Positions 37,750-46,790 of a DNA stretch of 64,000 bases are shown piece after piece. The DNA lies in assembly GCA_036268075.1 (NCBI GenBank), contig DATAUV010000115.1, positions 6,523-70,522 on the forward strand, written 5' to 3'. The DNA comes from Stellaceae bacterium. GTDB taxonomy: Bacteria; Pseudomonadota; Alphaproteobacteria; ATCC43930; CGMCC-115725. The position numbers were made by a program, and so were the translations under genes. Position 1 is the first letter of the stretch, and every line of letters begins with the position of its first letter. The notes beneath the pieces were generated by a model. The model was not told the DNA's origin. It was given only the letters and a program-made list of their open reading frames with translations, and searched no databases.

Positions 37750-37936
37750 GCCCTCACCCGTCTCGCTGCCCTCGCCACCCTCTCCCGCAATGCGGACGAG
37801 GGAGACTTAAGGAGCGCGGGCGTCCCGCCCGCAACTTTTTCGTCGGAATGCAGGCGGGACGCCCGCATTCCAACTCATCCCCTCGCCCGCAATGCGACGC
37901 AATGCGGGAGAGGGTGCCCGAAGGGCGGGTGAGGGC
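37750..37936. repeat. REP-like inverted repeat, family D, with a family C element nested in its centre (37814-37867)
   Basis: Outer arms gccctcaccc...caccctctcccgcaatgcgg / ccgcattgcgggagagggtg...gggtgagggc. Inner gcgcgggcgtcccgcccgc...gcaggcgggacgcccgca. Confidence 0.8.
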
Positions 37937-37968
37937 CGAGCGTAGCGAGGTGATTGGGCCGCTCCGGC

Positions 37969-38472
37969 CTAAGGCACCGTCTCCGTCGCCCCGACCCCGA
38001 AAATCTCGCCGCGGCTGACCCAGCCGGCGTATTCGCCGGCTTCGATGCGGCACCAGCCGCCCTGGCATTGGTCGAGCTTGCCGATCACTCCGGGTTCGGC
38101 GCGGGCGACGATCGCGGCGTTCGCCGCCGGGGTCACCCTGAGCGCGCGGACGCCGCCGGTGACGATCGCCTCGCGGTGCGGCCACAGCATCTTTTCGTGG
38201 ACCCAGCCGATCGCGCCTTCCCAGTCGCGGACCTGGCGCCAATGCTCGACCGCGCGCAGCACCTCGACCGGCATGTCGCGCCGGTGATACTCCCATTCGA
38301 TCGGATACTGTTCCCCCGGCCCGCTGCGCATGTGCACCTTGTTCGCGCGCAGGCTCTCAAAGCGCGGGAACTTGCCCGTGGCGTCGGTTTCGGGCGCGGC
38401 TAAGGCGCTCCCGACCGAAAGCAGGAAAATGGCCGCTGCGATCGCGGCAACCCACTCAACTTGCCGGGCCAT
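37969..38472 (-). CDS. Secreted SH3-like (DUF1058) domain protein
   Basis: Signal peptide (AAIAAAIFLLSVGSALAAP), then RFESLRANKVHMRSGPGEQYPIEW and GGWCRIEAGEYAGWV. Confidence 0.7.
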   Translation of the reverse strand: MARQVEWVAAIAAAIFLLSVGSALAAPETDATGKFPRFESLRANKVHMRSGPGEQYPIEWEYHRRDMPVEVLRAVEHWRQVRDWEGAIGWVHEKMLWPHREAIVTGGVRALRVTPAANAAIVARAEPGVIGKLDQCQGGWCRIEAGEYAGWVSRGEIFGVGATETVP

Positions 38473-38565
38473 GCAGCCCTCCAGGGCCCCTTGCTCTGCG
38501 TTTGCGATAGGTCCGCCCCCGCCAGCCCGTCAAGCGGCTCGCCGAAACGCGCCGCCAGCGCGGCC

Positions 38566-39345
38566 TCAGCCCTCGGCGTGGCCGCAGGTCGCGCAGTCCG
38601 GGTCCTTGCCGATTCGGATGCGGTGGAAGCGCGCACCGAGCGCGTCGTAGATCAGGAGCGTGCCGTCGAGGCTGTCGCCGAGCCCCAGCACCTCCTTCAG
38701 CACCTCGACCGCCTGGAGCGTCCCGAGCACCCCCGCGACCGCCCCCAATATCCCCGCCTCCTCGCAGCGCGGCACCAAATTCGGCGGCGGCGCCTCATGA
38801 AACAGGCAGCGATAGCACGGGTGCCCGTCGCCCAGATAAGGCCGAAACGTCGACAACTGCCCCTCGAACGGCGACAGCGCCGCCGCGATCAGCGGCTTCT
38901 TCAGCCGGAAGCACAGATCGGTCAGCAGGTACCGCGTCGCGAAATTGTCGCTGCCGTCGGCGACCATGTCGTATTGGCCGATCAGCGCCTCGGCGTTGTC
39001 GGCGGTGAGGCGCGTCGGGTGCGTCTCGATCCGCACCCCGTCATTGACCCGCGCCAGCGTCTCGCGCGCGCTGTCGACCTTAAGGTCCCCGACATGCACC
39101 GTCGCGTGGACGATCTGGCGCTGCAGGTTGGTGATGTCGACCCGGTCGTCGTCGACGATCCCGATCGTCCCGATTCCCGCCGCCGCCAGGTACATCAGCA
39201 TCGGCGAGCCGAGCCCGCCGGCCCCGACCACCAGCACCTTGGCGGCCAATAGCTTTGCCTGCCCCTCCTCGCCGACCTCGTCGAGGATCAGGTGGCGGGC
39301 ATAGCGCTGAAACTGCTCCTCGGTAAGCTCGACCTCGGCAACCAT
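38566..39345 (-). CDS. moeB: ThiF/MoeB/HesA-family adenylyltransferase (no rhodanese domain)
   Basis: RYARHLILDEVGEEGQAKLLAAKVLVVGAGGLGSP and Zn-type CxxC pairs (CYRC, CATC). Confidence 0.8.
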   Translation of the reverse strand: MVAEVELTEEQFQRYARHLILDEVGEEGQAKLLAAKVLVVGAGGLGSPMLMYLAAAGIGTIGIVDDDRVDITNLQRQIVHATVHVGDLKVDSARETLARVNDGVRIETHPTRLTADNAEALIGQYDMVADGSDNFATRYLLTDLCFRLKKPLIAAALSPFEGQLSTFRPYLGDGHPCYRCLFHEAPPPNLVPRCEEAGILGAVAGVLGTLQAVEVLKEVLGLGDSLDGTLLIYDALGARFHRIRIGKDPDCATCGHAEG

Positions 39346-39354
39346 CAGCCGCCC

Positions 39355-40305
39355 TCACAAATGCTCGAACAGCGCGGTCGACAGGTAACGCTCGGCGTGG
39401 TCCGGCAGCACCGTCACGATCACCTTGCCCGCCATCTCGGCCCGCGCGCCGATCTCCAGCGCCGCCGCCAGCGCCGCCCCCGACGATGTGCCGACCGCCA
39501 GCCCGTCGAGCCGCGCCGCCTGCTGCGCCACGCGCAGCGCGGTGTCGTAGCCGATGCACACGATCTCATCGATCAAGCTGGTGTCGAGCACCTGCGGAAT
39601 AAAGCCCGCGCCGATCCCCTGGATGCGGTTCGGCCCCGGCGGCCGGCCCGACAGCACGGCGCTGTCCTCCGGCTCGACCGCGACCATGCGCAGCCCCGGC
39701 TTGCGCTCCTTGAGCACCGCGCCGACGCCGGTGAGGGTCCCGCCGGTGCCGATCGCGCTGACCACGACATCGACCGCGCCGCCGGTGTCGTGCCAGATCT
39801 CCTCCGCCGTCGTCTCGCGGTGGATTTGCGGATTGGCCGGGTTCTGAAACTGCTGCGGGATGAACGCGTCGGGCAGCGTCTTCACGAGCTGCTCGGCACG
39901 GGCGATCGCCCCGTGCATCCCGCGTCCCGCCGGCGTCAATTCAAGCTCGGCGCCGAGCAGCAGCAGCATCTTGCGCCGCTCGACCGACATGCTGTCCGGC
40001 ATCGTCAGGATGAGGCGATACCCCTTGGCGGCGCACACAAAGGCCAGCGCGATCCCGGTGTTGCCCGAGGTCGGCTCGACCAGCACGGTGCCCGGCTTGA
40101 TCCGCCCGGCCTTCTCGGCCGCCTCGATCATCGCCAGCCCGATCCGGTCCTTGACCGACGACAGCGGGTTGAAGAACTCGCACTTGGCCAGAATCTCGGC
40201 CTTCGCCCCCGCCTCGGCGGCCAGCCGCTTCACCCGCACGAGCGGCGTCGCGCCGATCGTCTCGGTGATGCTGTCATAGACCCGGCCGCGAAACTCGCTG
40301 CGCAT
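39355..40305 (-). CDS. cysK: Cysteine synthase A (O-acetylserine sulfhydrylase)
   Basis: [11 protein letters not shown] (PLP lysine), [24 protein letters not shown]. The ORF extension up to 40431 runs into a REP element, so start is set at MRSEFRG. Confidence 0.9.
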   Translation of the reverse strand: MRSEFRGRVYDSITETIGATPLVRVKRLAAEAGAKAEILAKCEFFNPLSSVKDRIGLAMIEAAEKAGRIKPGTVLVEPTSGNTGIALAFVCAAKGYRLILTMPDSMSVERRKMLLLLGAELELTPAGRGMHGAIARAEQLVKTLPDAFIPQQFQNPANPQIHRETTAEEIWHDTGGAVDVVVSAIGTGGTLTGVGAVLKERKPGLRMVAVEPEDSAVLSGRPPGPNRIQGIGAGFIPQVLDTSLIDEIVCIGYDTALRVAQQAARLDGLAVGTSSGAALAAALEIGARAEMAGKVIVTVLPDHAERYLSTALFEHL

Positions 40306-40383
40306 CGTTCCTCTCCGGAACCCGAAGGGTTTGATGTAACGCGGCGACGCCGCCGAGACAACAGCGGCAACGCTGTAGAAATC

Positions 40384-40479
40384 CACAATGAGACAGCGAG
40401 GCAATGAGACGCCCGTGCAACGGCCCCTCACCGCCTCACTGTCTCATTGTGAAAATCCCAGCCTCATTGTGAAAATCCC
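40384..40479. repeat. REP-like element, family E (CACAATGAGACAG / CTGTCTCATTGTG)
   Basis: cacaatgagacagcgaggcaatgagac...cctcactgtctcattgtgaaaatccca + gcctcattgtgaaaatcc. Related copy at 61614-61686. Confidence 0.75.
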
Positions 40480-40493
40480 CGCGCTTCGCGCCC

Positions 40494-40949
40494 TCAGATG
40501 TCGAAATCGCCGCCTTGCGCGACGCGGCCGGCGATGCCGGCGGTATGAGCCCGGCCGCACAGCTCGTCGAGGGTCAGCCGGTCGAGCCGGCTCATCGCCT
40601 CGTCCTCCAGCTCGCGCCACAGGGGCCGCACGACCTCGTGGCTCAGCGCGCTGCCGGCCGGGTCGTCGATCGGGTTGTCGCCGGTTTCCAGTTCGCGCAC
40701 CGAGCGCACGATGTCGCCCAGGGTGACCCGCCGGCGCTCGCGCGCCAGGCGATACCCGCCGCTGGGTCCGCGGATACCGACGAGGATGCCATCGCGCACC
40801 AGCTCCTGCAGCACCGGTTCGAGATAACGGCGCGGGATGCCCTGCCGCGCGGTGATTTCCGACGAGCGCACCGGCACGGCGCCGCCGTTATAGGCAATGT
40901 CGAGCACCGCCTCGATCGCGAAGAGAAGTTTCTTGGTCAGCCGGATCAT
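40494..40949 (-). CDS. Rrf2-family transcriptional regulator lacking the Fe-S Cys triad
   Basis: MIRLTKKLLFAIEAVLDIA...ITARQGIPRRYLEPVLQELVRDGILVGIRGPSGGYRLA. Only one Cys in the whole protein. Confidence 0.8.
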   Translation of the reverse strand: MIRLTKKLLFAIEAVLDIAYNGGAVPVRSSEITARQGIPRRYLEPVLQELVRDGILVGIRGPSGGYRLARERRRVTLGDIVRSVRELETGDNPIDDPAGSALSHEVVRPLWRELEDEAMSRLDRLTLDELCGRAHTAGIAGRVAQGGDFDI

Positions 40950-40992
40950 CGGCGTCCGCCCCCGCTATTGGGGGCCGCAGAAGCCCCATTTT

Positions 40993-41499
40993 TTACGAGT
41001 TTCGCCGGCCCGCCGCGCCAGGACAAGCAGAAGCGACGCCGGTCGATCCGAAACCGCCATCCTGCCGCGTCCCGCCCTCCGAAAACGTTGATACGACGAC
41101 GAATTCCGGCCGCGTCACCCGGCTGAAAACCACCTGGGCGATGCGGTCGCCCGGGCGGATTTCGATGACATGCCCACCCGCCGGATTGCGGTTCCACGCC
41201 GAGATCAGCACCTGCCCCTCGTAATCCGCGTCGATGAGCCCGACCGCGTTCCCCAGCACCAGCCCCTCGCGATGCCCCAGCCCCGAGCGCGGCAACACCA
41301 ACGCGCACCATTCCGGATCCCCGATCCGAAACGCGATCCCCGACGGGACCAGCACCGCCGGCGCCTGTGGTTCGAGCAAGAGCGGCGCATCGAGGCAGGC
41401 ATGGAGGTCGAGCCCCGCGGCGAGGTCGGACCCGTAGCGCGGAAAACCCCATCCGGTGAGGCGGGGGTCGAGGATTTTGAGCTCGATCTTCAGCGACAC
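40993..41499 (-). CDS. dut: dUTP diphosphatase
   Basis: AAGLDLHA..., RSGLGHREGLVLGNAVGLIDADYEGQV, FGSTG. GTG start at 41499 overlaps the coaBC 3' end. Confidence 0.85.
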   Translation of the reverse strand: MSLKIELKILDPRLTGWGFPRYGSDLAAGLDLHACLDAPLLLEPQAPAVLVPSGIAFRIGDPEWCALVLPRSGLGHREGLVLGNAVGLIDADYEGQVLISAWNRNPAGGHVIEIRPGDRIAQVVFSRVTRPEFVVVSTFSEGGTRQDGGFGSTGVASACPGAAGRRNS

Positions 41500-42689
41500 A
41501 GCCGACCGGCGATCCGCTCCGCCAACCGCATGGCGACCTCGATCTTGGTCATCGCCGGCCAATCCTCGACTCCCGCCGCGTCGACGAGGTGGATCGTGTT
41601 GCGGTCGCCGCCGAATGTGCCGGTGCCGGGCGACACGTCGTTGGCGAGGATCCAGTCGCAGCCCTTCCGAGCGCGCTTGGCGACCGCGTTGGCGACGACG
41701 TCATTGGTCTCGGCGGCGAACCCGATCACCAGCGCCGGCCGGTCGTTGCGGCGCCCGGCGATCGTCGCGAGGATGTCCGGGTTCTCGACCAATGCGAGCG
41801 CCGGCGCGCCCTTCCCGTCCTTCTTGAGCTTCTGCGCGCTGGCCGACGCGACCCGCCAGTCCGACACCGCCGCCGCCATCACCGCGACATCGAGCGGCAG
41901 CGCCGCCTCGCACGCCTCCAGCATCTCCGCCGCGCTCTCGACCGCGACGAGCCTCACCCCGGCCGGAATCGGCTCCTGCGTCGGCCCCGACACAAGCACG
42001 GTCTCCGCGCCGAGCCGCGCCAGCGCCGCCGCGATCGCGTGGCCCTGCTTGCCCGAGGAATGGTTCGAGATGTAGCGCACCGGGTCGATCGGTTCGCGCG
42101 TCGGCCCACTCGTCACCAGCGCCCGCCGTCCCGCGAGCCGCCGGTCGACCGTCAGGCAATCCTCGATCGCGGCGACGATCTCGAACGGTTCGGCCATCCG
42201 CCCCGACCCCACCTCGCCACAGGCAAGGTCGCCCGAGTTCGGCCCGACGCGAAGCACGCCGCGCGCGGCCAGCGTCGCGAGATTGGCCTGCGTCGCCGGA
42301 TGCGCCCACATCATCGCGTTCATCGCCGGCGCGATCAGGACCGGCTTGTCCGAGGCGAGCAGCGTCGTCGAGGCGAGGTCGTTCGCCATCCCGGCCGCCA
42401 TCCGCGCGACCAGGTCGGCGGTCGCCGGCGCGACGACGACGAGATCGGCCTCGCGCGACAGCCTGATGTGGCCCATCTCGCTTTCGTCGGTCAGCGAGAA
42501 GAGGTCGCCGTAGACCTTGTCCTCGCTCAGCGAGGCGACCGACAGCGGCGTCACGAACTGGTGCGCGGCCTCGGTCATCACGCACCGCACTCCGGCCCCC
42601 GCGGTGCGTAGCCGCCGGATGAGGTCGAGCGACTTGTACGCCGCGATCCCGCCCGAAATGATCAGCAATATCCGCCGGTCCTGCAGCAA
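41490..42689 (-). CDS. coaBC: Bifunctional phosphopantothenoylcysteine decarboxylase / synthetase
   Basis: ILLIISGGIAAYKSLDLIRRL, PAMNAMMW, SSGKQGHAIA. TTG start at 42689 follows an AGGGAG RBS. The upstream ORF extension to 43271 is an artefact. Confidence 0.88.
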   Translation of the reverse strand: MLQDRRILLIISGGIAAYKSLDLIRRLRTAGAGVRCVMTEAAHQFVTPLSVASLSEDKVYGDLFSLTDESEMGHIRLSREADLVVVAPATADLVARMAAGMANDLASTTLLASDKPVLIAPAMNAMMWAHPATQANLATLAARGVLRVGPNSGDLACGEVGSGRMAEPFEIVAAIEDCLTVDRRLAGRRALVTSGPTREPIDPVRYISNHSSGKQGHAIAAALARLGAETVLVSGPTQEPIPAGVRLVAVESAAEMLEACEAALPLDVAVMAAAVSDWRVASASAQKLKKDGKGAPALALVENPDILATIAGRRNDRPALVIGFAAETNDVVANAVAKRARKGCDWILANDVSPGTGTFGGDRNTIHLVDAAGVEDWPAMTKIEVAMRLAERIAGRLCR

Positions 42690-42755
42690 CGCCGTCTCCC
42701 TCTTCGCCTGTACAGCATACACGAACCGCCTATATATGCGGAGCCGGAGAGACCA

Positions 42756-43079
42756 ATGCCCACCGCCCTGCTCGACGACCCGATCCTGACCCGCTTCGCC
42801 GCCGAGGTCCGCGCCGCCTACGGCGACCGCGTCGAACGCATCGTCCTGTTCGGGTCGCGCGCGCGGGGCGACCACGAACCTGACTCGGACTACGACGTCG
42901 CGGTGTTCATCCACGAGCCGGGATCGCTGTGGCAGGAGCTTGGCATTCTCTGCAAGATCACACGCAAGATCGAGGAAGACACAGGCGCCGACATTTCCCC
43001 AAAACCGTTGGTGGCAGGCTCTTACGACTACCGGACGCCCCTGATGGGCGAAATCCGACGAGACGGTTGCGACCTGTGA
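42756..43079 (+). CDS. Nucleotidyltransferase-domain protein (MNT-type antitoxin)
   Basis: IVLFGSRARGDHEPDSDYDVAVF is the minimal NTase G[SG]xxxG...DxD motif. 107 aa. Confidence 0.8.
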   Translation: MPTALLDDPILTRFAAEVRAAYGDRVERIVLFGSRARGDHEPDSDYDVAVFIHEPGSLWQELGILCKITRKIEEDTGADISPKPLVAGSYDYRTPLMGEIRRDGCDL

Positions 43080-43456
43080 AGCCCGAAGCGGCGGTCTTCC
43101 TGGAACGGGCGCGGGAATGCCTTCGAGACGCGACGCGCGTGTTGCCCATGGTCCCGAGAATGGCCGCGCGCGAGGCCTATCTCGCCGCTTTTCAGGCGGC
43201 GCAGGCGCTGATCTACGAGCGTACGGAGCGCGTGAGTAAGACTCATCGCGGGGTCCGCGCCCAATTCTCACTGTTCACCCGTGACGAGCCCCGGATTGGC
43301 CACGATCACGTGCTGTTTCTGGCTCGCGGTTATGAGATCAAATCCTGGGCCGACTACGGCACCGGCCCGCAAGATCAAGCGATTCCGATCACCCCGGCTG
43401 AAGCCATAGAGGCGGCCGGGCGGTTCATCGAGGCGGTAGCAAACCTTCTCGCCTGA
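43076..43456 (+). CDS. HEPN-domain protein (toxin partner of MNT)
   Basis: GTGA overlap with the MNT gene. All-helical 126-aa protein of the kind paired with minimal NTases. Called HEPN by context and fold pattern; no canonical Rx4-6H motif could be confirmed by eye. Confidence 0.65.
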   Translation: MKPEAAVFLERARECLRDATRVLPMVPRMAAREAYLAAFQAAQALIYERTERVSKTHRGVRAQFSLFTRDEPRIGHDHVLFLARGYEIKSWADYGTGPQDQAIPITPAEAIEAAGRFIEAVANLLA

Positions 43457-43459
43457 CCC

Positions 43460-45004
43460 TTACCGCCACATCCCCACCGCGATCGCCGCCAGCGCGAGCC
43501 CGGCGAGCCATAGCGGTACGACCAGCAGCCATAGCTGTCGGCTGCGGTGGGCGGCTTGCGTCGCCAGGGTTTCGGCGTGGAGGACGACGCCTTCCTTCGA
43601 CCAATCGCCGACGAGCTTGCCGAGTGCGCTCAAGAGGCGCGGCAATTCGTCGAGCGTCTCGACCAGGGTGTCGACGCGCTGGCGGATTTGCGCCTCCGGG
43701 CCGCGGTTGTCGCGCATCCAGGTCTCGACCAGCGGCCGCGCCAGCTCCCACACATTGACCGACGGGTCGAGCCGGCGGCCCAGCCCCTCGACCTGCACCA
43801 TCGATTTCTGCAGCAGCAATAGCTGCGGCTGCGTCTCCATCCGGAACTGCTCGGTCACGCGGAAAAGCTGCGCCAGGAGCCGCGCCAGCGAAATCTCGTG
43901 CAGCGGCCGGCCGAGTATCGGCTCGCCGATCGAGCGGCAGGCCTGGGTAAAGGCCCCGACCGAGCTGTCGCGCGGGATGTACCCGGCCTGGAGATGCACC
44001 TCGGCGACGCGGCGATAATCGCCCGACAGGAACCCCAGCAGCATGTCCGCGAGGTAGTACCGGGTCTCCCGGTCGAGCCGGCCCATGATGCCGAAATCGA
44101 CCGCCTCCACCGCCCCGTCCGCCCCGACGAACAGATTGCCGGGATGCTGGTCGGCGTGAAAAAACCCGTCGCGGAACACCTGGTTGAAAAACGCGTCGGC
44201 GCCCTTCTTCAACACGCCCTCGGGCTGGTGCCCGGCGGCGATCAGCGCCTCGCGGTCGTCGATGCGGATGCCGTTGACCCGCTCGGTCGTCAGCACGGTG
44301 CGGCCGGTGCGCGCCCAGTCGATCCGGGGCACGCGAAAGGTCGGGTCGCCGGCGAAATTCTCGGCGAGCTCGCTGCACGCCGCGGCCTCGAAGCGCAAAT
44401 CCATTTCAAGCCGCACCGCCTCGGCCATGGTCTCGACGATCTCGACCGGCTTCAGCCGGCGCAGCCCCGGCTGGGACCGGTCGATCAGCCGCGCGAGCCA
44501 GTGCAGCAGATCGAGGTCGCGGGCGAAGTCGCGCGCGATCCCCGGCCGCAGCACCTTGACCGCGACCTCCGCGCCCTCGGCGGTGCGGGCGAAATGCACC
44601 TGGGCGATCGAGGCCGCCGCGACCGGGATCGGGTCGAACGCGGCAAAGAGGCTGTCGAGGCTTTGCCCGAACTCAGCCTCGATCCGCCGCCGCGCTTCGT
44701 CGCCGGGGAATGGCGGCAGCCGGTCCTGCAGCCGCGCCAGGTCGGCCGCGACCTCCTCGCCGATCAGGTCGGCCCGGGTCGCCAGAATCTGCCCGAGCTT
44801 GATAAAGCTCGGCCCGATCCGCCGGAGAGCTTCCGCCAGCCGCTCGCCCGGCCGCAGCCCGGCCACGTCGCGCCGCCGCGGCACGACGCGCAGCAGCCGC
44901 AGCCGGGGACCACCAACGCCGTCCAGCGGAAACAGCGCATCATGCCGCGCCAGGATCGCCCCGACGCGCACCAGCCGCGCGAGATTGAGGAGGTTGCGGA
45001 TCAA
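43460..45004 (-). CDS. ubiB: Ubiquinone biosynthesis regulatory kinase-like protein UbiB (ABC1 family)
   Basis: LGPSFIKLGQILATRADL..., AASIAQVH.A, HADQHPGNLFV. C-terminal TM spans. TTG start. Confidence 0.9.
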   Translation of the reverse strand: MIRNLLNLARLVRVGAILARHDALFPLDGVGGPRLRLLRVVPRRRDVAGLRPGERLAEALRRIGPSFIKLGQILATRADLIGEEVAADLARLQDRLPPFPGDEARRRIEAEFGQSLDSLFAAFDPIPVAAASIAQVHFARTAEGAEVAVKVLRPGIARDFARDLDLLHWLARLIDRSQPGLRRLKPVEIVETMAEAVRLEMDLRFEAAACSELAENFAGDPTFRVPRIDWARTGRTVLTTERVNGIRIDDREALIAAGHQPEGVLKKGADAFFNQVFRDGFFHADQHPGNLFVGADGAVEAVDFGIMGRLDRETRYYLADMLLGFLSGDYRRVAEVHLQAGYIPRDSSVGAFTQACRSIGEPILGRPLHEISLARLLAQLFRVTEQFRMETQPQLLLLQKSMVQVEGLGRRLDPSVNVWELARPLVETWMRDNRGPEAQIRQRVDTLVETLDELPRLLSALGKLVGDWSKEGVVLHAETLATQAAHRSRQLWLLVVPLWLAGLALAAIAVGMWR

Positions 45005-45006
45005 AT

Positions 45007-45122
45007 CCCCTCTCCGCCCATTGGGGGGAGAGGGAGGGGCCCACGAAGTGGGAGGGTGAGGTGGGCAGATTCAGAGCATGCCCACCTCACCCCAGCCCTC
45101 TCCCCCCGATGGGCGGAGAGGG
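45007..45122. repeat. REP-like compound palindrome, family A, between ubiE and ubiB
   Basis: cccctctccgcccattggggggagaggg...gtgaggtgggcag...cccacctcac...ccctctccccccgatgggcggagaggg. Confidence 0.8.
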
Positions 45123-45154
45123 AGCATGTTGGTGCGGCTTTCACTTCGGCGGCC

Positions 45155-45925
45155 CTAAATCCGCCAAGCCGAATGCAGCGCGGCGATCCCACCCGTCAGG
45201 GTCCGGAAACTGGAGCGGCCGAGGCCGGCGGCCTCCATCTCGCGCGCCAGCGTATCGGGCGGCGGGAAGCGGCGGATGCTTTCGACGAGATAGGTGTAGG
45301 CGTCGCGGTCGCCGGTCACGACCTGGCCGATCAGCGGCAGTATGCGAAAGCTGTAGAGGTCGTAGAGCGGCCTCAACAGCGGCGCGACCGACGGGGTGAA
45401 TTCGAGGCAGAGAAACCGCCCGCCCGGCTTCAGCACCCGCCGCGCCTCCGCCAGCGCGCCGCCGAGGCGGGTCACGTTGCGGATGCCGAACGCGATCGTG
45501 TAGAGGTCGAAGCTGCAGTCGGCGAAGGGCAGCCGCTCGGCGTCGCCGCAGAGGAACTCGATCCCGCTGAGAATCCCGTCATCCAGTGCGCGGACGCGGC
45601 CCATTTCGATCATGCTCGGGTTGATGTCGCACACGACGGCCCCGCCTGGCCCCCCGCCTGCCGCGCCCAGGGCCGGCAGGGCCCGCCGCGCGATATCGCC
45701 GGTGCCGCCGGCGACATCGATCAGCCTGTGGCCCGCGCGCGGCTTCAGCCAGGCGATCATGTCGGCCTTCCACATCCGGTGGATGCCGGCGCTCATCAGA
45801 TCGTTCATCAAATCGTAGCGCGTCGCGACGGAATCGAACACGCCGCGCACCAGCGGCGCCTTTTCCGCCTCGGGCACCCGCCGGAAGCCGAAATCGACTT
45901 CGCCGCTTGTCTCTTGCCTGCGCAT
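45155..45925 (-). CDS. ubiE: Ubiquinone/menaquinone C-methyltransferase
   Basis: [25 protein letters not shown] and SAM motif [11 protein letters not shown]. Confidence 0.9.
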   Translation of the reverse strand: MRRQETSGEVDFGFRRVPEAEKAPLVRGVFDSVATRYDLMNDLMSAGIHRMWKADMIAWLKPRAGHRLIDVAGGTGDIARRALPALGAAGGGPGGAVVCDINPSMIEMGRVRALDDGILSGIEFLCGDAERLPFADCSFDLYTIAFGIRNVTRLGGALAEARRVLKPGGRFLCLEFTPSVAPLLRPLYDLYSFRILPLIGQVVTGDRDAYTYLVESIRRFPPPDTLAREMEAAGLGRSSFRTLTGGIAALHSAWRI

Positions 45926-45944
45926 CGGGCAGGAACATAACCCG

Positions 45945-46772
45945 ATGCCCGAACTCCCCGAAGTCGAAACGATACGCCGCGGTCTCGCGCTCAAGATGAC
46001 CGGCCGCACGATCGTGCGCGCCGAGCTGCGCCGCCCCGATCTGCGCCGGCCGTTTCCGCCGCACCTCGACCGCCGGCTCAGCGGCGCCCGCATCGGCGCG
46101 CTCGGGCGGCGCGGCAAGTATTTGTTGATCGAGCTCGACGACGACGGGACGCTCCTCCTCCATCTCGGCATGTCGGGCCGCATCGTCGCCAGCGGCGACA
46201 ACGTCGCGGACGCGAAGCACGACCATGTCGTCCTCGCGCTCGACGACGGCACGGTCGTGCGCTTCAACGATCCGCGCCGGTTCGGGCTGATGGACTACAT
46301 GCGGCGCGGCGAGGAGAAGCTGCATCCGCTCCTCGCCGGTATGGGACCGGAACCGCTGGAGCCCGGTTTCGACGGCAAGTACCTCGCCGCCGCGCTCGCC
46401 GGGAAATTCACCCCGATCAAGGCCGCGCTGCTCGACCAGCGCATCGTCGCGGGGCTCGGCAACATCTATGTCTGCGAGGCGCTCTACCGCGCGGGGGTGT
46501 CGCCGCGCCGCCTCGCCGGCACGATCGCCGCCGTCCGCGCCGCGCGCCTCGTCGAGGCAATCAAATCGGTGCTCGGCGAGGCGATCGAGGCCGGCGGCTC
46601 GTCATTGCGCGACTACGTGCAGGCCGACGGCGAGCTCGGCTATTTCCAGCACCGCTGGGCGGTCTATGGCCGCGAGGGCAAGCCCTGCCCCGGCTGCACC
46701 TGCGCCGAGGGCGTCCGCCGCATCGTGCAATCCGCCCGCTCGACCTTTTTCTGCGCCAAGCGCCAGCGCTAG
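45945..46772 (+). CDS. mutM: Formamidopyrimidine-DNA glycosylase
   Basis: [15 protein letters not shown]-terminus and C-terminal zinc finger (CPGCTC...FFCAKRQ). Confidence 0.92.
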   Translation: MPELPEVETIRRGLALKMTGRTIVRAELRRPDLRRPFPPHLDRRLSGARIGALGRRGKYLLIELDDDGTLLLHLGMSGRIVASGDNVADAKHDHVVLALDDGTVVRFNDPRRFGLMDYMRRGEEKLHPLLAGMGPEPLEPGFDGKYLAAALAGKFTPIKAALLDQRIVAGLGNIYVCEALYRAGVSPRRLAGTIAAVRAARLVEAIKSVLGEAIEAGGSSLRDYVQADGELGYFQHRWAVYGREGKPCPGCTCAEGVRRIVQSARSTFFCAKRQR

Positions 46773-46790
46773 CCGAGCGCCGGCGCCGAC

